A stretch of 64,000 nucleotides of DNA from Minisyncoccia bacterium (GTDB lineage: Bacteria; Patescibacteriota; Minisyncoccia; Moranbacterales; GCA-2747515): assembly GCA_041738235.1 (NCBI GenBank), contig JBGSQF010000013.1:63345-127344 (forward strand), read 5' to 3'. Position 1 is the stretch's first letter, and each line of letters opens with the position of its first letter. The notes under the pieces are model-generated. The model did not search any database, was not told where the DNA came from, and worked only from the letters and a program-made list of their open reading frames with translations. Shown here piece by piece: positions 20,203 through 28,274 of the stretch. The translations under genes and the position numbers were made by a program.

Positions 20203-20964
20203 ATGGGCATAGGTTTTATGAACATGCAATTTATACCAATTAAAACGAGAACGATGATGCCACCGAAAGATGATATTTTTTCGGTATTAGACGAATCACT
20301 GATGGAGATCCGCGAGAGGGATATTGTGATGATCACTTGCAAGGTGTTGTCGATCCATCAGGGAAGATGTGTAAAGAAAGATGGGCAGGTGTCGCGTGTA
20401 GGGTTGGGAAAACAAGAGTCTGATTGGTATATCAATTATGGAAATGATAGAGACCATGGTCATATTCCTACGATCAAAAAGTATGCGTTTCTTGGTTCTG
20501 CAGGTGTGGATGCGAGTAATGGGAATGGGTATTTTATTCTTCCTCCGGAAAATGTTAGTGATCTTTGTCAGAAAGTGTGGGCTTATCTTCGAAAGAAATT
20601 TAATTTGAAGGAACTGGGAGTTATGGCTGTGGACAGTCACACATTGCCGTTTCGATATGGTGTGACAGGTGTGACATTGGGACTCTTTGGACTTGATCCA
20701 ATTCGTCGATATAGGTATGCGCGGGACATATTTGGAGGAAAATTCAAAGAAACAGTGAACATTGCTGATGCGCTCGCAGCCACCACGACGCTTCTATTTG
20801 GTGAAGGAGATGAAAAAACCCCGATACTTATTGCTCGGGGTATTGAAGGAGTGGAGTTTGTCCAACGGGAATCATTTTCGTCTTTGTGTGTTCCAGAGGA
20901 AAAGGATATCTTTTGGCCAATATTTCAAGTGTTTCGGAAGGGGGGGAGGCGAGAGGAGAGGTAG
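20203..20964 (+). CDS. CofE/F420-0:gamma-glutamyl ligase-like protein (PF01996 homolog)
   Basis: VMITCKVLSIHQGR...LGSAGVDASNGNGYFILPPENVSD matches the CofE family AGIDxSN / LP motifs. Confidence 0.6.
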   Translation: MGIGFMNMQFIPIKTRTMMPPKDDIFSVLDESLMEIRERDIVMITCKVLSIHQGRCVKKDGQVSRVGLGKQESDWYINYGNDRDHGHIPTIKKYAFLGSAGVDASNGNGYFILPPENVSDLCQKVWAYLRKKFNLKELGVMAVDSHTLPFRYGVTGVTLGLFGLDPIRRYRYARDIFGGKFKETVNIADALAATTTLLFGEGDEKTPILIARGIEGVEFVQRESFSSLCVPEEKDIFWPIFQVFRKGGRREER

Positions 20965-20969
20965 TTGTA

Positions 20970-21197
20970 TCATGCTTTTTGTTCATCATTTTTTTCTGCT
21001 GTGGCTCTGTCGGCACCTGAACCGTTTTTCCAACGTCCCAGTTCTTTCTTTTGGGTTCCTTGTGCGGGTTGGGGCGTTGTCTCCGAGGCAGCGGGATAGT
21101 TCTTGCTATCGGCAGCAAGGAGTTCTGCTTCGCGTATCTCTTGTTCGATCTCTTCTCTTCTTTCGGGAGTGATATCGCCTAGTGTTTCTTTTGCCAT
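20970..21197 (-). CDS. Small acidic hypothetical protein
   Basis: AGGAGG RBS 13 nt upstream of the ATG (MAKETLGDITPERREEIEQ...); the stop faces the end of the CofE-like gene. Confidence 0.4.
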   Translation of the reverse strand: MAKETLGDITPERREEIEQEIREAELLAADSKNYPAASETTPQPAQGTQKKELGRWKNGSGADRATAEKNDEQKA

Positions 21198-21345
21198 ACG
21201 TAGCCACCTACCTCCTGGATCTGTCATAGGATTCTGTTACAGATTATAACTTTAGTATACCATATACAATATGATACAATGAAAAAGAATATCACTGAAA
21301 TGTAGAAAATTTAGCTAAAATCCTTATGACCTAGTCGATAAAGTA

Positions 21346-22251
21346 ATGTCAAAAACAGGCAAAAAAAATTCTTTTGAACAAAGGGTACTTGAGGTGGTTT
21401 CACGCATCCCTCGGGGTCTTGTTATGACCTATCGTGAGGTGGCGGAAGTCATCAATGATTCGAAGAGCGCTCGAGCAGTTGGTTCTGTACTGAGAAAGAA
21501 CAGGAATCCGGATACCCCTTGTTTTCGTGTGGTCAGATCAGATGGGTCTCCGGGACAATATAATCGGGGAAAGAAAAAAAAAGAACTTCTTTTGCGTGCA
21601 GAAGGATCATTGGACTCTCGCGGTAGGGTCCGTCGATACTTTTCTGATAGGTTTACACCGCTTTCTCAGGAAGCGGCGATGCAAAAATTACGATCGGGAG
21701 GTGTTGGGGTTATTCCAACAGACACGATCTATGGGGTGGTGTGTCGTGCAGAAGATTCGATCTCTGTCGCACGTGTTTACCAACTCAGAAAAAGGAATCC
21801 GCATAAGCCTTGCATCATTCTTATTTCTGACTATCGGGAGATGAACAACTTTGGAGTGTCGATGGATGCTGTTGACAAGCGTGTGTTTCGGGCAGTATGG
21901 CCCGGTCCAGTGAGCGTTATCGTTCCGTGTACGGAGGAACGATTTACGTATTTGCATCGTGGTGTACAAGCGCTCGCTTTTCGTTTGCCTGACGATGAAG
22001 ACCTTTTGGGGATATTGCGTGCGACAGGTCCGCTTTTGGCGCCGAGTGCTAATATTGAAGGACGGCCAGCAGCCAAAACAGTTCGGGAGGCTTATACTGT
22101 ATTTGGTCGTGGGGTAGATGTGTACATTGACGGCTTGGTTCGGGTTGGTCAATGGTCCACATTGATTGCCTGTGAAAAAGGTGGTATAGTGCTAAAACGT
22201 CCTGGAAAGGTGGATTTTTCGGATATTCAGAAGAAACTAAAGAAACTATAA
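21346..22251 (+). CDS. Fusion protein: N-terminal Ogt/MGMT-like methylated-DNA-protein-cysteine methyltransferase DNA-binding domain + C-terminal L-threonylcarbamoyladenylate synthase TsaC/YrdC domain
   Basis: N-terminal domain IPRGLVMTYREVAEVI...AVGSVLRKNRNPDTPCFRVVRSDGS is the MGMT fold with PCFR in place of PCHR. C-terminal domain GVGVIPTDTIYGVVCRAEDSISVARVYQLRKRNPHKPCIILISD is the YrdC/Sua5 signature. Confidence 0.7.
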   Translation: MSKTGKKNSFEQRVLEVVSRIPRGLVMTYREVAEVINDSKSARAVGSVLRKNRNPDTPCFRVVRSDGSPGQYNRGKKKKELLLRAEGSLDSRGRVRRYFSDRFTPLSQEAAMQKLRSGGVGVIPTDTIYGVVCRAEDSISVARVYQLRKRNPHKPCIILISDYREMNNFGVSMDAVDKRVFRAVWPGPVSVIVPCTEERFTYLHRGVQALAFRLPDDEDLLGILRATGPLLAPSANIEGRPAAKTVREAYTVFGRGVDVYIDGLVRVGQWSTLIACEKGGIVLKRPGKVDFSDIQKKLKKL

Positions 22252-22255
22252 AAAT

Positions 22256-22705
22256 ATGAAAAAAGGAGTTTTTTCTCGGGTTGGTGCTATCGTTGTTTTC
22301 TCATGTGCGGCGATCGGAACTCTTTATTCAGGAATCTTGGCGTATGGGAAATTGACGACGGGTGTATGCGTTCTTGGGTCCTCATGTCCTCTTCTTTTTG
22401 GGATACCCGTATGCGTATTTGGTTTCTTTGGATTTTTGAGCGTGCTGCTTCTGTTCGGTGCGTCATACTATACTAATCGGTGGAGATCAAAAGGGGTGGT
22501 AGTCGAACTTTTCTGGATATCTTTGGCAGGAACCTTGTTTGCGCTCTACTTTTTGATTCAGGAGCTATTTTTTATTCCGGGTGCGAGTAGTGGTTTTTCA
22601 AATATTGGTCTCGGGTACCCAAGTTGCTTATATGGTCTGGTACTATTTGGAATAATATTCTTGTTCTCTCGATATGCCCTTATACATTCGGAAGATAATC
22701 TGTAA
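22256..22705 (+). CDS. VKOR-like (vitamin K epoxide reductase family) membrane protein with a degenerate CxxC
   Basis: The loop GVCVLGSSCPLLFGIPVCVFG matches the VKOR Cys-pair / FGIPxA motif. The usual TM4 CxxC is reduced to a single Cys (YPSCLYG). Confidence 0.4.
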   Translation: MKKGVFSRVGAIVVFSCAAIGTLYSGILAYGKLTTGVCVLGSSCPLLFGIPVCVFGFFGFLSVLLLFGASYYTNRWRSKGVVVELFWISLAGTLFALYFLIQELFFIPGASSGFSNIGLGYPSCLYGLVLFGIIFLFSRYALIHSEDNL

Positions 22706-22716
22706 CAAATACTGCT

Positions 22717-24126
22717 ATGAAGTTTCGAACAATAACTCAACTGGCCAAAGAGAAGGGTGCGCAGATTCGATTTCATGAAGGGAACAATGTACACCGTTTA
22801 ACGACAGAGAAATCGGGAGATATTTTGGATATTGCAGTTCCCAAAAAAGAGGAACGTACTCGATGGAAGATGATGATGCTAGCAAGAACGATCGTAACGG
22901 TCGCTCGCCGATATGAGATAGTTAAGCTTATTCTTGTTTGGAAGGATTTCGTAGCGCTTTTTGAGGAGGAGGGGTATGACGCACAAGATCTTTTGGAGGC
23001 CTTCGTGGTCAATGCCGATATGGCGAACTATCAGTACAATCGTTACAAAGAAAAGCCGAAGGAGGGGTGGAAGATCGTGGAAGATATAGCAATACTTGTG
23101 TCATCTCAAGGACGAACAAAATTGGAAGAAACTCTCGGGCATGCAAAAAAAGTGGCTGAGGCGGTGACCATCTCGCGTGATCTCTCCAATACACCTGGTG
23201 GACACATGACGCCTGATATTTTGGCACAATCGATCAAGCGAATTATTCACGGATTACCCATACGATATAAAGTTCTCAAGGATAAGGAAATGAAACGCCT
23301 TGGTATGGGTGGAGTATTGGGTGTGGCTCAGGGTTCAAAGGCTCGTCCACGATTTATTGTTTTAGAGTACACTGGGTCCAAGAATTTGAAAGAAAAGCCG
23401 GTGGTACTTGTGGGAAAGGGTGTAACATACGATTCTGGCGGAATTGATATCAAGCCTTCCCCATATGGTCTTGAGATGAATATGGATATGTCTGGTGGGG
23501 CGGCCGTAGCTGCTTCGCTTGTAGCGCTGGCAAGGATGAAAGTAAAGAAGAATATCGTGGTGTTGATCCCTGCTGTAGAAAATATGCCTTCCGGGGAGAG
23601 CTATCGTCCGGGAGATGTGCTCAAATCCCTTTCCGGGAAAACGATCGAAGTGCTGAATACGGATGCAGAAGGAAGGATTATCTTGGCAGATGCTTTGGCA
23701 TATGCTAAGCGGTACGATCCGAAAGCCGTGATCGATGTAGCGACACTTACAGGGGCCGCGGAGGTGGCTTTGGGAAAGCGGGCTTCGGCAATATTTTCAC
23801 CCCAAGAAGATCTTTTGGAAGAGGCAAAGAAGTGTGGGGAAGAGTCAGGGGATCGTGTATGGCCCCTTCCTCTCTGGGAAGAATATGAAGGGGATGTCGC
23901 GGGTAATTTTGGAGATGTAGCTAATATGCAGACCAAGGGGTCTTGGCGTGAAGGGGGTACGATAATTGGTGCGGTATTCTTGTGGCAGTTTGCGAAGGAT
24001 CTTCGTAGGTGGTTGCACGTTGATATGGCACCTCGAATGACCCCATCGCATGACGAAATGCTCGCAAAGGGAGCAGCTGGCGCGCCAGTTCGATTTCTTA
24101 TAAGATTTGTAGAGCATTACCTCTAA
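22717..24126 (+). CDS. pepA: Leucyl aminopeptidase (M17)
   Basis: NTDAEGRIILADALAYA and VGKGVTYDSGGIDIKP signatures. Confidence 0.9.
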   Translation: MKFRTITQLAKEKGAQIRFHEGNNVHRLTTEKSGDILDIAVPKKEERTRWKMMMLARTIVTVARRYEIVKLILVWKDFVALFEEEGYDAQDLLEAFVVNADMANYQYNRYKEKPKEGWKIVEDIAILVSSQGRTKLEETLGHAKKVAEAVTISRDLSNTPGGHMTPDILAQSIKRIIHGLPIRYKVLKDKEMKRLGMGGVLGVAQGSKARPRFIVLEYTGSKNLKEKPVVLVGKGVTYDSGGIDIKPSPYGLEMNMDMSGGAAVAASLVALARMKVKKNIVVLIPAVENMPSGESYRPGDVLKSLSGKTIEVLNTDAEGRIILADALAYAKRYDPKAVIDVATLTGAAEVALGKRASAIFSPQEDLLEEAKKCGEESGDRVWPLPLWEEYEGDVAGNFGDVANMQTKGSWREGGTIIGAVFLWQFAKDLRRWLHVDMAPRMTPSHDEMLAKGAAGAPVRFLIRFVEHYL

Positions 24127-24136
24127 ACTATTTTGT

Positions 24137-24853
24137 ATGGATCAAGATCAAACACAAAATGAAGCAATCGTGCAGAGCACACCAAAGAGAGAGCCAGGAT
24201 CTCGGGAACGTCTGTTGCGTATTGCGGATGAGATGGAAAAAGGATTTCGTTTTGCGGAAACATTTGATGAAACACGTGTCGTGACGGTGTATGGAAGTGC
24301 AAGAACCAAACCTGAGGAGCAATGTTATAAAGCTGCATACGAATTAGGTAAATTGCTCGTGCAAGATGATAGCTCTATATCAGTGGTAACTGGAGGTGGT
24401 CCCGGCATCATGGAGGCAGCAAATAAGGGTGCTTTTGAGGGTGGGGGATTTTCTGTAGGATTGGGTATTCAGTTGGATCACATAGTGGAGAAACCAAATC
24501 CTTACACGACACATCGACTCGACTTTTACTATTTTTTTGCGCGAAAGGTGATCTTAGCACATATCGCACAAGGTTATGTTTTTTTCCCTGGTGGGTTTGG
24601 TACTATGGATGAGTTCTTTGAATTATCGACACTGGTAGCGACCAAGAAGATCGAGACGGTGCCAACTATTATCTTGGTCGGAAAGACCTATTGGGAAGGG
24701 TTATTTGATTGGGTTCAAAGATGTCCAATAGAAAAGTACCGCACCATATCGGAAGGTGCGCTTGATATATATACCATCACCGATGATGTTGAGGAGGCAT
24801 ATCATCTGCTTGATAAGATGCCTCTTCGTATCGGTCGTTCAGATGTTGTGTAA
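24137..24853 (+). CDS. LOG-family (TIGR00730) cytokinin-riboside-5'-monophosphate phosphoribohydrolase-like protein
   Basis: VTVYGSAR...VVTGGGPGIMEAANKGA...FPGGFGTMDEF (PGGxGTxxE motif). Confidence 0.85.
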   Translation: MDQDQTQNEAIVQSTPKREPGSRERLLRIADEMEKGFRFAETFDETRVVTVYGSARTKPEEQCYKAAYELGKLLVQDDSSISVVTGGGPGIMEAANKGAFEGGGFSVGLGIQLDHIVEKPNPYTTHRLDFYYFFARKVILAHIAQGYVFFPGGFGTMDEFFELSTLVATKKIETVPTIILVGKTYWEGLFDWVQRCPIEKYRTISEGALDIYTITDDVEEAYHLLDKMPLRIGRSDVV

Positions 24854-24886
24854 GAGGAGATTCATAATTATGCATAGGTCTATTGT

Positions 24887-25738
24887 ATGGTCTATATTGG
24901 CGCGCACGTATCGGCATCTGGAGGTGTAGATAAATCTATCCAAAATGCTCTAGAGATCGGTGCGAATGCGGTACAAATTTTTGGTTCTTCTCCAAGGCAA
25001 TGGGCTGTTCGGCAGATCCCAGAACAAGAGATAGGGGAATTCAAGCGCGCCTCTCTGCGTGCTAAGATGGGACCTACTTTTTTTCATGCCCCGTATCTTA
25101 TCAATCTAGGTAGTCCAAATGTAGAACTTCGAAAGAAATCGGAGAAAATGCTTTTAGAAAACTATCAAAATGCGGTAAATCTTGGTATTGCGGGGGTAAT
25201 ATTTCACATCGGTTCACGAAAAGAACTTCCTTGGGAGGAGGCAAAAGGATACGTAGTAGGATCACTCAGGCAGATATTGAAGACCGTTCCTGGGAATACG
25301 TTCCTGGCGATAGAAAATAGTGCCGGGGGAGGAAATACGGTCGGATCCACGTTGGAAGAGGTGGGAGAGGTCGTGCAGTTAGTAGATGATGAACGCCTTG
25401 CTTTTTGTTATGATACAGCGCACGGATTTGAGTCTGGTATGATCGAGCAATACACTCCAGGATCAGTGAAGGATCTCTTTTCTCGGATAGAGTATATCGT
25501 GGGAAAAGGGCGTCTTGTTGCGGTACACCTCAATGATAGTAAAACCCCATACAAGTCCAATAGCGATCGACATGAGAATATTGGAGAGGGACACATTGGT
25601 AGAGAGGGAATCAAAGCATTTGTTCAGAATAAAGATTTTCAAAAGGTTCCTTGGTATTTGGAGGTTCCCGGATTTGATGGCACAGGACCGGATAAAAAAA
25701 ATATCGAAAGAGTAAAGAATCTCATGATGGGTAAATAA
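24887..25738 (+). CDS. nfo: Endonuclease IV (AP endonuclease family 2)
   Basis: IGAHVS, HAPYLINLGSP, AIENSAGGGN, DTAHGFESG, HLNDSK: the metal-binding signature of Nfo. Confidence 0.9.
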   Translation: MVYIGAHVSASGGVDKSIQNALEIGANAVQIFGSSPRQWAVRQIPEQEIGEFKRASLRAKMGPTFFHAPYLINLGSPNVELRKKSEKMLLENYQNAVNLGIAGVIFHIGSRKELPWEEAKGYVVGSLRQILKTVPGNTFLAIENSAGGGNTVGSTLEEVGEVVQLVDDERLAFCYDTAHGFESGMIEQYTPGSVKDLFSRIEYIVGKGRLVAVHLNDSKTPYKSNSDRHENIGEGHIGREGIKAFVQNKDFQKVPWYLEVPGFDGTGPDKKNIERVKNLMMGK

Positions 25739-25745
25739 GATCCTT

Positions 25746-26084
25746 ATGTGTCCCATAATACGCAAGATCCTTCTTTTCTTCTTGGGAGTCTTCTTCTTTT
25801 TCTTGGGGGTTGTTGTGGTATTATTTGTGTTCTTTGTGAGGGTGATCGACGCAAATCACACAGAGATATATAAAACAGAAAAAGCTATTACAGTTATTCA
25901 CGATGGAGGGCATGTGAGATCGGTCATTATGTCTAATGAGGTGAAACCATGGTTCAAGTGGGTTGTGCAGAATATGGCTGGATTCATTTATCACGAGGCG
26001 ACCATCCATAATCCCAAGGGTGATGTGTTGCCGGACTCGATCGATGATACGCTTAAGGGATACATAAAAGAAAAGGTGCAATAA
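25746..26084 (+). CDS. Hypothetical membrane-anchored protein
   Basis: An N-terminal Phe-rich TM segment followed by a soluble domain. Confidence 0.4.
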   Translation: MCPIIRKILLFFLGVFFFFLGVVVVLFVFFVRVIDANHTEIYKTEKAITVIHDGGHVRSVIMSNEVKPWFKWVVQNMAGFIYHEATIHNPKGDVLPDSIDDTLKGYIKEKVQ

Positions 26085-26088
26085 GCCT

Positions 26089-26310
26089 ATGATTATAAAG
26101 GTAGAGGTCAAAACGGGTCGATCCAAAGAAAGCGTGCAAGAGATAGAAAAGGGGCGATATGTTGTTTCATTGATTGTTCGTCCTATTGAGGGAAAGGCAA
26201 ATAAAGCTCTTCAAGGGCTTATTGCTCAGTATTTTGGGGTAGCTCCTTCTTGTGTGGTGATCAATAAGGGAAAGAACAGCCGAGTAAAGAGTATCGAAGT
26301 GACTTTCTAA
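26089..26310 (+). CDS. DUF167/YggU-family protein
   Basis: 73 aa, IKVEVKTGRSKESV......VSLIVRPIEGKANKAL...FGVAPSCVVINKGKNSRVK matches UPF0235. Confidence 0.7.
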   Translation: MIIKVEVKTGRSKESVQEIEKGRYVVSLIVRPIEGKANKALQGLIAQYFGVAPSCVVINKGKNSRVKSIEVTF

Positions 26311-26391
26311 AGACTTGCCTTTTATCTTAAAATAGTATATTCTCTTAAAAGAACGGAGCTTCGTGTTTTTTGTTTTTATTGCCAGATGTAT

Positions 26392-26465
26392 AGCGGGGTA
26401 GAGCAGCCAGGCAGCTCGTCGGGCTCATAACCCGGAGGTCGTGGGTTCGAATCCCACCCCCGCAA
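26392..26465 (+). tRNA. Initiator tRNA-Met (CAU)
   Basis: Cloverleaf AGCGGGG-TA-GAGC...GCTC; anticodon arm with three G-C pairs (GGG-CTCATAA-CCC); A1:A72 mismatch; T-arm GTGGG-TTCGAAT-CCCAC; very close to E. coli tRNA-fMet; no encoded CCA. Confidence 0.8.
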
Positions 26466-26512
26466 CAAAATGTGACAATTAAAGAGGTTGGGTGAAGAAC
26501 CTGTTTGTTCTT

Positions 26513-26586
26513 GGCAGGGTAGCTCAGTTGGTTAGAGCGTGGGACTCATAAGCCCGAGGTCGAGAGTTCGAATCTCTCCCCTGCTA
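26513..26586 (+). tRNA. tRNA with CAU anticodon (elongator Met or lysidine-modified Ile2)
   Basis: GGCAGGG-TA-GCTC-AGTTGGTTA-GAGC, anticodon loop CTCATAA, T-arm GAGAG-TTCGAAT-CTCTC, acceptor CCCTGCT; one A31:G39 mismatch in the anticodon stem. Confidence 0.75.
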
Positions 26587-26609
26587 CAAAGAGGAGAGAG
26601 GATATAATA

Positions 26610-27026
26610 GTGATTTACGACTCAAGTATGTCTTTTGACAAGGGACCAAGAAAAGAAACGGTAAGTGGACTGTATGTACACGGTCTCGCCGACAGTAGAA
26701 AGTCTGTGGGTGCTGAGGATCGGGAAGGAAAAAAGCTTTCCGTAACGGAGCAGGTACTGGCCTCATTTAGAAATAATGAGCTCCCATCATTGGATGGAGC
26801 CCGGGTTGCTGTTGATCACATGTTGGCTCATTCCGGTATTAGTGAGAAGGACTTTTTGGAGTTTGCTACGACACATCAGGAGTCGATGAAAGAGTTTATA
26901 GAACAAGCATTACGGATCATGAGTCGAATTGATGGAGGAAGAGAGAAGGATTCCAAGGTGTTATTTGAACGATTGAGAAATACGATACCCTCCTCTGAGG
27001 AAGTTGATTATAGAAAGGCAGCCTAG
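26610..27026 (+). CDS. Hypothetical soluble protein
   Basis: GTG start preceded by a strong GAGGAGAGAGGA RBS; no recognisable motif. Confidence 0.5.
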   Translation: MIYDSSMSFDKGPRKETVSGLYVHGLADSRKSVGAEDREGKKLSVTEQVLASFRNNELPSLDGARVAVDHMLAHSGISEKDFLEFATTHQESMKEFIEQALRIMSRIDGGREKDSKVLFERLRNTIPSSEEVDYRKAA

Positions 27027-27048
27027 AATAGAAGTGTTTTGAAAATTT

Positions 27049-27125
27049 GGACCGGTAGCTCAGTTGGTTACCCGCCCGTACCGAACGGACTCGGTACGTT
27101 CGGGCGGGGATCATCGCCCTGTCAC
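27049..27125 (+). pseudogene. Degenerate partial copy of tRNA-Asp (5' half to the anticodon loop) with a 39-nt hairpin replacing part of the D-arm
   Basis: GGACCGGTAGCTCAGTTGGTTA is identical to positions 1-22 of the tRNA-Asp at 27379. A perfect hairpin follows at 27071-27109 (CCCGCCCG...CGGGCGGG). Then ATCGCCCTGTCAC matches the anticodon-stem 5' strand plus loop, and the copy ends there. Confidence 0.6.
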
Positions 27126-27136
27126 TGTATGGTTCT

Positions 27137-27373
27137 ATGTACACCGTTTATGTTTTGCAAGATGATTCTGGAAAGTTATACAAAGGTATGACGAGTGATC
27201 TGAACAGAAGATTTGCAGAACATAGCCGGGGTAAAACGAAGACAACGAGCAAAATGAAAGATATTTTCGTTGTCTACACTGAAGAATACGTTACTCGGCT
27301 GGAAGCGCGCGCAAGAGAGAAATACCTCAAGACAGCTGCAGGTAGAAGATTTTTGAAGAAAAAGTTGCAATAA
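27137..27373 (+). CDS. GIY-YIG nuclease family protein (small UPF0213/YhbQ-like)
   Basis: YTVYVLQDDSGKLYKGMTSDLNRRFAEH is the GIY-YIG catalytic motif (GIY...YxG...R...E...H/N). The ORF fills the 253-bp gap between the partial and intact tRNA-Asp copies. Confidence 0.8.
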   Translation: MYTVYVLQDDSGKLYKGMTSDLNRRFAEHSRGKTKTTSKMKDIFVVYTEEYVTRLEARAREKYLKTAAGRRFLKKKLQ

Positions 27374-27378
27374 TATTT

Positions 27379-27452
27379 GGACCGGTAGCTCAGTTGGTTA
27401 GAGCATCGCCCTGTCACGGCGAGGGTCGCGAGTTCGAGTCTCGTCCGGTCCG
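27379..27452 (+). tRNA. tRNA-Asp (GUC)
   Basis: GGACCGG-TA-GCTC-AGTTGGTTA-GAGC-A-TCGCC-CTGTCAC-GGCGA-GGGTC-GCGAG-TTCGAGT-CTCGT-CCGGTCC-G; canonical cloverleaf; no encoded CCA. Confidence 0.9.
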
Positions 27453-27462
27453 CAGAAATCTA

Positions 27463-27495
27463 AAAACGGAGTCCTTAGGGATTCCGTTTTTAGTT
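27463..27495 (+). terminator. Hairpin plus T-run after tRNA-Asp
   Basis: AAAACGGAGTCC-TTA-GGGATTCCGTTTTT (one G-U pair). Confidence 0.5.
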
Positions 27496-27499
27496 TCCT

Positions 27500-27720
27500 T
27501 GAGGAGACGGAACGAGACGAGAACAGGGAAAGGAATCGGGGGAAAACGGGAGTTTTTCCGTTGCGGAAAGTAGGACGAAGTCCGCTCCAAACCGAGGGGT
27601 TTTTAAGGAGCGAAGCGACGTGAGATCGTCTCGTCTGTCTTACCGAAGTTTTACGTAGGCAGGTCCGGTCCGCTAAACGCGAAAGCAGTACCAAGAGGTG
27701 CTATTTTTGGATTTTGAACA
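27500..27720 (+). ncRNA. Candidate structured ncRNA (possible SRP-RNA-like element)
   Basis: About 220 nt with no ORF. It shows 9-bp long-range complementarity (ACGAGACGA at 27512-27520 with TCGTCTCGT at 27626-27634), a duplicated GTCCGCT(C/A)AAAC motif, and CAGGUCCGG...GAAAGCAG resembling SRP RNA domain IV. Confidence 0.25.
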
Positions 27721-27760
27721 GCGAGTAGAATCTTTTTTTGCTTTATGATACTATTAAGAT

Positions 27761-28162
27761 ATGGAAAATTATGCTGAGTATCAACAGCTCATAAGACCGT
27801 CTTGGGCACCGACTTCTTGGCTGTTTGGTCCCGTTTGGACCGTACTGTATGCTGTAATTGCGGTTACTTTTGGATATGTTGCCTATCTTTTTATTAAAAA
27901 ACAGATTCCCTTTATAGTCCTTTTTCCCTTCGCTCTCAACCTTTTGTTTAATGTTGCATTCACTCCAATACAATTTGGTTTGAAGAATAATTACTTGGCC
28001 ACCATTGATATCGTGTTTGTCCTTATTACATTGATTTGGGCGCTTACCTCGATCCATCCCCATGCTCGTTGGGTGTCGTATGCCAATATTCCCTATCTTC
28101 TTTGGGTTGTGTTTGCGACAGGGCTCCAAATCACAATAACCTTTATGAACTGGAAGCTGTAG
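27761..28162 (+). CDS. tspO: TspO/MBR (translocator protein) family membrane protein
   Basis: Trp-rich five-TM pattern PSWAPTSWLFGPVWTVLYAVIA...NLLFNVAFTPIQFG...ANIPYLLWVVFATGL characteristic of TspO. Confidence 0.8.
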   Translation: MENYAEYQQLIRPSWAPTSWLFGPVWTVLYAVIAVTFGYVAYLFIKKQIPFIVLFPFALNLLFNVAFTPIQFGLKNNYLATIDIVFVLITLIWALTSIHPHARWVSYANIPYLLWVVFATGLQITITFMNWKL

Positions 28163-28274
28163 GTGGAGGAAAATAATAGCTGTATAAGTGCGTAGCTCAG
28201 GAAAGAGAGGAAATATTGAAAATAATACGAGACACTGGAAAATTCAATAGGATGACTCTTGATACAATGGGGAT

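Noticed and set aside
27126-27378. Group I intron in tRNA-Asp
   Set aside because: The putative intron is entirely filled by the GIY-YIG ORF, leaving no room for a ribozyme core. What follows is a complete tRNA rather than a 3' exon. It is better interpreted as a partial duplication or insertion.
27398-27694. 98-aa minus-strand ORF
   Set aside because: It overlaps the intact tRNA-Asp and the structured noncoding region, and its product is low-complexity Arg/Ser-rich.
27455-27760. tmRNA or RNase P RNA
   Set aside because: No tRNA-like 3' end (..GGTTCGA.TCC...CCA) and no tag ORF for tmRNA. No GGAAAGUCCGG / AGGGUGAAA P4-region motifs for RNase P. Only the SRP-like motif remains as a weak candidate.
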